NCBI GenBank assembly: GCA_035650735.1
Contig: DASRGZ010000094.1
Span: forward strand, 1 to 58,466
From: Chthonomonadaceae bacterium
GTDB taxonomy: Bacteria > Armatimonadota > Chthonomonadetes > Chthonomonadales > Chthonomonadaceae
Direction: 5' to 3'
Length of the DNA stretch: 58,466 nucleotides
In this document: positions 51,650 to 58,466 of the stretch, piece after piece
Layout: each line of letters begins with the position of its first letter
How positions within the stretch are numbered: position 1 is the first letter of the stretch
Program-made: the position numbers and the translations under genes
The notes under the pieces: model-generated
Databases searched by the model: none
What the model saw: only the letters and a program-made list of their open reading frames with translations
What the model was told of the DNA's origin: nothing

Positions 51650-53425
51650 TTACTGGATGCCACCCCCGCTGATCCGCCCGCCGCTCTGGCGTGCGTTGCC
51701 GCCTGCGCCCGTATCGCCGTTCGGATACGGCTGGCTCGAATCGGGAGGGGCGTTGGAACCGGGCTCGCCGGAGGAAGGCGTATTCGCCGGAGTGACAGGG
51801 ATCGGGTTGAGGTCAAGGAGGTCGGTCGCGCCGACGCTCTGATGATTTAAAAAGAGGCGGCAGCGGAATCGAATGCTCGCCGGCGGCGGATCGGGAAACT
51901 GGCTCCAGGGAACGGTAATGGTGGCATCCAGCGGCTCGTCATCCGAGGCAATATGTACGGACTGCGTGCCTATGAGCTGCCCATCCCGATGCGCGTAGAC
52001 GCTGCCGGGATCGCTGGCAAGGATTCGATTACCGTCGCCGTCATAAAAGAAGACGGCGAGCACCCCGGATTTCCCGGCCTGCCCCTGGACGCGCCCCGTG
52101 ATGTGCAGCCGCAGCGTCTTTCCTCCCTGGCTATCCGTCACCAGCTCCTGCCCCACCGGCAGATCAAAGCTGGCGGGGCTATCCTCAGGCGTCGGGGCTG
52201 CCGTATCGGGGTCGGACATGGGCGCGCTTGCGGGCGCCTGTGCTGTACTTACGGGCGGCGCGGCCGCGGCTGTGGAAGCAGGCGCAGGCGCCATGCCGTT
52301 AGGATGGCCCCGATGGGAAGATTTGACAAGCACCAGCGCTGTGCCGCCCAGTATCAGCAGCAGGCAGACGGCCCCGATGAGCCAGCCTGGCCCCGTACGC
52401 GACCTGCCTGCGCCCGGACGGCGTCCGGCCTCCGTTGCCGCGCCGGAAGGGGAGCGTTTGCCGGAGCCGCGCCGCTTCTGTGCCTCAGCCTCTGCCAGCT
52501 TTGAGGAGATGATGCGCGGCCCACTGCCGGATTTGGGTGCGCTCTCGGCGCCTGCTGCGGCGGGAGCGTCGGCTGTCGTCGTGAGCGCGGCCAGGTGGGC
52601 GGTCAATTCATCGCGCACGGCCAGCAGGTTGATGGCGACTTCGTGGATGCCTGCGGGGCGCTTATCGGGCTCAACGGCAAGACAGGCTTCCAGCAGGCGC
52701 GAAAGCGATTCCGGGACGGCGGGGTTGAGCGTGTGGGCGGGCGGAAATTTGAAGGGCTGCACGGCGGGGTCGCGCCCGGTCAACAGGTGATGGAGAGTCG
52801 CCCCGAAGGCGTAGACATCGGCGCGGGGGTCGGTCTGCCGCAGGCCGAACTGCTCCGGCGGGGAGTAGCCGACGCTACCGAAAAGGGCCGTATCTTTGGC
52901 GGCGCCGGGATGGAAGCGGCGCGCAATGCCGAAATCAATCAGGCGGACGCTGCCGTCGGGCTGGACCATCACGTTACCGGGCTTCATATCCCGAAAGATG
53001 ACCGGTGGCGTCTGGCTGTGCAGATAGGCCAGCACGTCCGCGATTTGCAGCCCCCACTCCACAACCTGCGCCACATCCAGCCCGGCGCCGCCCGCTTCCT
53101 TGAGCCGCTGCTCCAGGGTGACTCCGGTGATGTACTCCATCACCATGTAGCAGCGGTCGTTCTCGACGAAGGCATCGGTAACTTTGGGCAGGTTCGGGTG
53201 ATTCAGGCGCACCAGGAAGCGCGCTTCGGACTCAAACTGCGCCAACGCCGCCTGCTTCTCCTCCTCGCTGGCATAGTGCCCGCGTAGCTCCTTGACGGCC
53301 ACGGTGGTTTCCAGGCGCAGATGCTGGGCCAGGTAGACGGTTCCCATTCCGCCCTGGCCGATAATGCTCTGTATCAGGTAGCGTCCGTTGAGCAGCGTGC
53401 CTATTTCCAGCGGCGCCGAGGCCAT
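51650..53425 (-). CDS. Hanks-type Ser/Thr protein kinase, membrane-spanning
   Basis: GQGGMG, AVKE, FRDMKPGN, DFG, PPEQ; TM; start ATG 53425. Confidence 0.96.
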   Translation of the reverse strand: MASAPLEIGTLLNGRYLIQSIIGQGGMGTVYLAQHLRLETTVAVKELRGHYASEEEKQAALAQFESEARFLVRLNHPNLPKVTDAFVENDRCYMVMEYITGVTLEQRLKEAGGAGLDVAQVVEWGLQIADVLAYLHSQTPPVIFRDMKPGNVMVQPDGSVRLIDFGIARRFHPGAAKDTALFGSVGYSPPEQFGLRQTDPRADVYAFGATLHHLLTGRDPAVQPFKFPPAHTLNPAVPESLSRLLEACLAVEPDKRPAGIHEVAINLLAVRDELTAHLAALTTTADAPAAAGAESAPKSGSGPRIISSKLAEAEAQKRRGSGKRSPSGAATEAGRRPGAGRSRTGPGWLIGAVCLLLILGGTALVLVKSSHRGHPNGMAPAPASTAAAAPPVSTAQAPASAPMSDPDTAAPTPEDSPASFDLPVGQELVTDSQGGKTLRLHITGRVQGQAGKSGVLAVFFYDGDGNRILASDPGSVYAHRDGQLIGTQSVHIASDDEPLDATITVPWSQFPDPPPASIRFRCRLFLNHQSVGATDLLDLNPIPVTPANTPSSGEPGSNAPPDSSQPYPNGDTGAGGNARQSGGRISGGGIQ

Positions 53426-53632
53426 TCCTGGGTTACTCCCTTGCCCGGATGCATCTGCCCCGCGCATCCGGGCGCCTGTCCCCTATACGTATAGAGAGAC
53501 GATAGGGGCGATCATGCAGGCAGTTGTTGGCAACAGTATACCAAACACCTCCCGAAAGGGCAAGATGGAGGCAAGGAGTTCTCGGGGCCTCTGCGGAACC
53601 TTTCCTCTGGGTCACATAGGAAAGGAGATACA

Positions 53633-54150
53633 ATGACTACTGCGGCGGCAGCGGGCATCGTTTAAGGTTAATGGCGCTGACCTCTACTTCGAGCGTCGGG
53701 GCAACGGCCTGCCATTGCTGATGATCGTTGGCGGCGGGAATTGTGCGGTCTTTGCGCCCATCGCTGACCTCCTGGCTGATACTTATACCGTGCTGACCTA
53801 CGACCGGCGGGGCAATTCCCGCTGTCTCCTCCATGACGGCCCGGTTAAGATTAAAGCGGAACTTGATGCAGCGAACAAGCAACAATTGGGAATATAGGAT
53901 GCGCTATGAGGTGCGCGCCTTCATCGAGTATGCGCCAGACCTGGATCGGATCGCCAACAATCATGTTCGGATCGCTCTGGCGGGCGGAACCGAGACACGG
54001 AACAGGTTCTTTCACCAAACGAGTATTGTCATTGCCGAACGCCTGGGCGCTATGTTCGCCGAGTTCCCAGGCGGACATTCCGCTCCGATGGAGACGCCCA
54101 GCGTCTTTGCCGATGCGTTACGCGGCCTATTTGAACGGCTTGGGAGCTGA
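53633..54150 (+). pseudogene. Alpha/beta hydrolase pseudogene
   Basis: RBS AGGAG then early stop/frameshift; GADLYFERRGNG..TYDRRGNSR; nucleophile region missing; FPGGH in another frame. Confidence 0.8.
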
Positions 54151-54187
54151 ATGCAGGTACACAGGGGAGCGTCAGGGCTAGAACGCG

Positions 54188-54707
54188 ATGAGCAGGCTAT
54201 TTCTTATTTGCGGTCTCTCCTTCGCAGGAAAATCTACCCTGGGAAGAGCCATAGCGGAACGGTTCGGCTATGAGCAAGGGGACGTGGACGAAATGAAAGC
54301 ACTTTTATATGGCCTGGATACCAGGGATGAAGAGTTGACCCGATCGGATTGGGAGAGAATTTATGCCGAAACAGATAACCTCATCGTGCGGCATTTGCAG
54401 GCGGGGAAAACCGTCGTTGACGCTTCCAGAAACTTTAAAGGCGGAGAGACAGCACATAAGAAAACGGATCGCGAACCTCGGCGTGGATGTCGTTACGATT
54501 TATGTGGATACCCCGAAAGCTATTGCCCGCCAACGCCTGCTTGAAAATAGACTAACCAAAACTCGGGTTGATTACCCGGACTCGGCCTTCAATGAGATTG
54601 TGAGTGCTATGGAACCTCCCGATGCAGAGGAAAACCCGATCATTTTCCACTATGAGGATGACCTAGAGACGTGGATTACGGAACACCTCGCCTCGGCGCT
54701 TCGATAA
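54188..54707 (+). pseudogene. P-loop kinase (AAA_33-like), frameshifted
   Basis: GLSFAGKST in ORF 54188; continuation KAERQ..IYVDTP in the +1 frame after about 54436. Confidence 0.8.
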
Positions 54708-54797
54708 GCTCGTATAGCAAATCTATGCCCTACTGCCGCCATGCAGGGATCGGCACGGCAGAGGATTTCGAACGCGATCCGTAGCAGGAGGTCACCG

Positions 54798-55121
54798 ATG
54801 ACCTACGACCTCGACAGCCCCCTGCGGGGGGTGCAGGACTGCCCACAGTGCCAGCATACGATGGTGCGGTTGCGTAGCTACAGCGCCGTTGAGCGCAACG
54901 AGGGTTATCTGCTCGACGACGGCGCCGATCGTAACTTCATCACGTTTCTGCTATGGGGATGGGAGGGCGTCCTGATCAAATACCTCTACCGCAACGTCGT
55001 GCAGCCGGTCCTAGCAAAGCTTCTCGGCCAGCAGCGCCAGGACCGCTACGCCCGGATAGCGCGCGCCTACCCCAACGCCCTCATCTGCACCCATTGCCAG
55101 TACATTTTGAAGCGTAAGTGA
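54798..55121 (+). CDS. Small Zn-binding hypothetical protein
   Basis: RBS AGGAGG; CPQC...CTHC. Confidence 0.7.
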   Translation: MTYDLDSPLRGVQDCPQCQHTMVRLRSYSAVERNEGYLLDDGADRNFITFLLWGWEGVLIKYLYRNVVQPVLAKLLGQQRQDRYARIARAYPNALICTHCQYILKRK

Positions 55122-55124
55122 GGC

Positions 55125-55310
55125 AGACCTCACCCCTGATCCCTCTCCTTGTGAAGGAGAGGGGAGAGTCTCTTCCTCCCAGGTTCTTCTGTTCTCTCTT
55201 CTCTCCCCTCATCCCCAGCCCTTCTCCCTGCCAGGGAGAAGGGAGAGCAGAAGCCAGCGCGGACTCTCCCCTCTCCCACAGCGGGGGAGAGGGGGATAGG
55301 GGGTGAGGGC
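55125..55310. repeat. Family B REP-like palindromic cluster
   Basis: CCTCACCCC..CCCTCTCC..GGAGAGGGG units between convergent genes. Confidence 0.8.
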
Positions 55311-55360
55311 TATAGAGCCGGGGGTGGGGGCCAGAACGAAAGGAGCCTGCATAGGGACCG

Positions 55361-56983
55361 CTATGGATGGCGGGCCACAAGAACACGGGGCGACACGGCG
55401 GCGCGGAAGGTATCGGCGGGAGGCAGCAGCATGCGTCCCTCGGCGGCCAGCAGCCGCTCAAAGCGATCCCGAAGGGCCGTATCCGCCGATTGCCGGAGCC
55501 GGTGCGCCAGGACAACGCTCTTGCCCAGGCGGATAAACCGCAGCCGACGCGCCTCCACCCGCTGGGCCGCATAGAGCGCATCCATTCCCTTATCCAGCGC
55601 CTCATCGGCTGCGAGCAGGCTGCTCCATTTGCCCTCTGCGACCTGCCGAGTCAGCATCGCCACCGCGCTCCGGCAAGCCCGCTCATACTCTGGCGTTCCC
55701 GGGTGGCCCAGATCGGGCCAGCGCCCGAGCAGTATCCGCTTCCCTTCCTCTCGCAGCGCCTCCAACCGGGCGTATTGCCGGCGCAAGGCGCTCATCTGGC
55801 CGGCTTCATCGCTGTTGAACTCTTTCTGATAGGCCACGCGTAGCCGATCCTCGCCGCTCAGGTTCAGAAACGTCGAAAGCGCCTCCAGCGCAGCGCGCTG
55901 GGCCGGCGTCGCCCAGGAGCGCACCCGACTATAGGGAACCGCAAACACGTCCTCGTCTTTATCGGTCACGAAGCGCCGCAGAAACACGTCGGAGGTACAG
56001 ACCGGCACGTCAATGGAGTCGTCGTTGGCGAGGGCGTAACAGAACGCTTCATCCATCCCGACGCGCCCGTCGCCGTTGTAGTCGGCGCCGGTGACGTGGC
56101 GGCCCACACGGTCCTGCCCGGTGAGCGCGGCGAAGAAATAGGAGGTGAAGTCTCGATACTCCGCCTCGTTGACTGCGGGCGTACAGCCGGCGGCCATGCG
56201 CTCCTTGACGGTGGCGAAGAACCCGGCAATGTCCCGGTTGACGAGCGGGGCTTTCGGGTCGCCGCCCTCAAAGAGCAGATTGCCGAAGGCGCCGGAGAAG
56301 CACTGCACCATAATCACAGTGACGGGAACATCCTCCGGCAGCCGGGCGATCTGGTGGGCCAGCGCGCGCACGGAGAGCTGCTCGTCATGGCCCCACATAT
56401 CGTAGGCGTTGTTTTCCCGGTCGCCCTGGTCGGGACTGCCGTGCCCGGTAAAGTAAAGCAGCAGCGGTCGGCGCGGCTGCGCTGCCGCCTCTTCCGTGCT
56501 TAGCTGCGCGAAAACGCGATCCAGATCGGTGCGCCGGTTGGCGCCGTCCGGCGGGCCGCCGAGGTTCGGCTTGCGGTAGTGGAGCTTAGTCGCATAGCCG
56601 CCCTCATGCCCTTCCAGCAGCAGGCCCAGCACGCGCTCCCCCGGCGAAAGCGTCCTGGCTTCCGTTTCGTAGAGGACCGTCGCCCGCTGCGCGTCGCCGT
56701 CGGCAAACAGCGTCGTGCGCACCGAGTCTGGCGGCAGCAAACGCCCCACGTAGCGCACATTGCTCTCAATGGCGACCTGGTTGTTTTCCGGGTTGGGTCC
56801 GCTGCCGACGATCACCACGCGCAGCGGCAACGGGCGCGAGGGCGGGTCGGCATGGGTGGAAAACGGCAGCATCACCAGCGTGCAGCCGACGGCTCCCAGC
56901 AGAACACGCAGCCGATCCTCCAGCTTCCGGTAGCGCCCCGCGCGCCCTACAATCCCATATAGTAAGCTTCGCCACATAAGCAC
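55361..56983 (-). CDS. Secreted clan CD (caspase/legumain-like) cysteine peptidase
   Basis: LYFTGHGS and VQCFSG His-Cys dyad; signal-like N-terminus. Confidence 0.8.
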   Translation of the reverse strand: MLMWRSLLYGIVGRAGRYRKLEDRLRVLLGAVGCTLVMLPFSTHADPPSRPLPLRVVIVGSGPNPENNQVAIESNVRYVGRLLPPDSVRTTLFADGDAQRATVLYETEARTLSPGERVLGLLLEGHEGGYATKLHYRKPNLGGPPDGANRRTDLDRVFAQLSTEEAAAQPRRPLLLYFTGHGSPDQGDRENNAYDMWGHDEQLSVRALAHQIARLPEDVPVTVIMVQCFSGAFGNLLFEGGDPKAPLVNRDIAGFFATVKERMAAGCTPAVNEAEYRDFTSYFFAALTGQDRVGRHVTGADYNGDGRVGMDEAFCYALANDDSIDVPVCTSDVFLRRFVTDKDEDVFAVPYSRVRSWATPAQRAALEALSTFLNLSGEDRLRVAYQKEFNSDEAGQMSALRRQYARLEALREEGKRILLGRWPDLGHPGTPEYERACRSAVAMLTRQVAEGKWSSLLAADEALDKGMDALYAAQRVEARRLRFIRLGKSVVLAHRLRQSADTALRDRFERLLAAEGRMLLPPADTFRAAVSPRVLVARHP

Positions 56984-57126
56984 GGCCTTTCATTCTTCGA
57001 TTTAGCCGCTCCCGAGGCGGCCCTTCTAAAGAGAAATAGGGAAACGAGGAGATGCAGCCGGCCTTGCACTACGGCTTCCTCATTTCCCCATTACCGCCTG
57101 CGATAGGGGTGAAAACGTCTCTAGTG

Positions 57127-58275
57127 TTACAACGTTGTATCCCCCCGATGTTGTTCCCTCAAATCAGCCGTGCGCGGCAGGGAATCGCCCACAGACAAAA
57201 CCTCGGGATGGCGGACGGAGGCCCCGGAGGCCGTGAAGAGGTCCGCCCCGGAATGGGCGCGCGCTTCTGCGGCGACGGAACTGCGAGTGGTGGTCTCATA
57301 ATCGGCGGCGATCTCGGCTCCCAGGAGCAGGATGACCATTGAGTAATACATCCAGACAACGAGGATAACCAGCCCGCTCAGCGAGCCGTAGAGCCGATCA
57401 TAGCTATGGACATAGGCTAGAAAGAGGGTGAAGCCGATTTTCGTGATCTGCCAGAGCAGCGCCGCCACGCTTGCGCCGAGGAAGGCGGACCGCCAGGGCA
57501 CCGTGCGCGCCGGCAGGAGCCGGTAGAGCAAGGCAAACAGCAGCGTGGTCAGCCCCATGGGGATCAGGGCCACCAAAACGCGCTCGGTAATGGAGGTAAA
57601 GCGATTGGTAAAAAAGGGTTCAGGGCGGGTTTGCAGGTAGGCAAAGAGGGCGGAGAAGCCCAGGTCCGCGCCCAACAGCACCAGCGCATAGAGGGTCGCG
57701 CCCAGGGCGACCAGCCGCTGATGCAGCCAGTGGCGCTTCTCCGGCACGACCCAGATGATGTTCATGGCCGGCTCCATCGCCAGAAAGCTTAGATGGGCGG
57801 CGTAGAGCAGGCCGAGCAGACCTACCAGCCCGATCACGCCCCGGCCCTGGATGGTATTGGCCAGTATCTCCCGGACAAACCGGGCGTCTACGGGCACATA
57901 GGCATTGATGGCCGCGACCACCTGATCCAGGGCGCGCTGGGAGTTGCCAATGATGTACCCGAGCAGCGCCACGCCCACAACCAGCAGGGGAACCAGCGAG
58001 AGCACCGCGCTATAGGCGCAGGCGCTGGCCATGAAGCTGCACTGATGCGTGGCGTAGGCATCGGAGAGGCGGTGCAAGTAGCAGAAGGCCCGATCCAGGA
58101 CGTTGCTGTGGCGCCTGACGGTGCATTCGGAGAGCGCCGTCAGTCTCTGCCGCGCATGCTTTGCCGACCAGCGCCACAACCGGGCGCGGCGTTTTGAACT
58201 CTGCCCTTGCACCTGGCTTCCTGCCCCTCCCTTCTGTCGGGGATCGGATGGCTCAAGCCGCAGCAACAAGCGCAC
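57127..58275 (-). CDS. YihY/BrkB-family membrane protein (true start likely downstream of 58275)
   Basis: AYSAVLSLVP, LYRLLP, YGSLSGLVILVVWMYY..LLGAE. Confidence 0.92.
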   Translation of the reverse strand: MRLLLRLEPSDPRQKGGAGSQVQGQSSKRRARLWRWSAKHARQRLTALSECTVRRHSNVLDRAFCYLHRLSDAYATHQCSFMASACAYSAVLSLVPLLVVGVALLGYIIGNSQRALDQVVAAINAYVPVDARFVREILANTIQGRGVIGLVGLLGLLYAAHLSFLAMEPAMNIIWVVPEKRHWLHQRLVALGATLYALVLLGADLGFSALFAYLQTRPEPFFTNRFTSITERVLVALIPMGLTTLLFALLYRLLPARTVPWRSAFLGASVAALLWQITKIGFTLFLAYVHSYDRLYGSLSGLVILVVWMYYSMVILLLGAEIAADYETTTRSSVAAEARAHSGADLFTASGASVRHPEVLSVGDSLPRTADLREQHRGDTTL

Positions 58276-58466
58276 CTAACCCCCCGTCCCCCACTGCTAG
58301 GGTCGGCGCTACAACGGTTCGCGTCACTGCCAGGGTCGGGCCTGCAATGGACTGCCAGGGTCGGCAGGGTTACGGCCCCTGCCTCCGCCTTGCGACACCT
58401 AGCGACCCTCCCAGGGAAGGGAGTGATCCGGCTTCTGCTCTCCCCTCTCCCTGCAAGGGAGAAGGG
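58275..58466. repeat. Family B element with nested micro-elements (58293-58405)
   Basis: GTCCCCC[ACTGCTAGG..ACTGCCAGG..ACTGCCAGG..CCTTGCGA..CCTAGCGA]CCCTCC. Confidence 0.8.

Noticed and set aside
54430..54445. TTTAAAG as a programmed -1 frameshift
   Set aside because: The heptamer is not in the X XXY YYZ phase and the shift needed is +1; a small deletion is simpler

Overview
GC-rich bacterial chromosomal window; the gene content suggests Armatimonadota or a similar lineage (inference only). The core genes are glnA, a proS-mgtC-mutL operon, a DSD1-type PLP enzyme, proline dehydrogenase, tRNA-Pro(UGG), short ArgA, prfA-bioY-prmC, a DUF2089/SHOCT/DUF4097 operon, apgM, hisC, a ferritin-like gene, dut plus a histidine kinase, nnr, fadD, a Ser/Thr kinase, a clan CD peptidase and yihY. 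A phosphothreonine-signalling cluster (three FHA proteins, a VWA protein and two PP2C phosphatases) lies at about 36.3-45.1 kb. Signals missed by the ORF track: (1) a ~45-nt hairpin micro-element that inserts into itself and into two larger repeat families, replacing 2 nt at the target with no duplication; (2) a ~130-nt three-hairpin antisense sRNA with its own promoter and terminator at 20980-21111; (3) an orphan type I-E-like repeat-spacer-repeat inside the FHA/PP2C operon; (4) a 50-aa tandem-repeat amphipathic peptide precursor running off the left edge; (5) a TreTu-like toxin tail plus TriTu-like immunity gene in a low-GC islet; (6) an attenuator-type glnA leader; (7) an in-frame repeat insertion in prmC. 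All family assignments come from motif recognition by eye; no searches were run.
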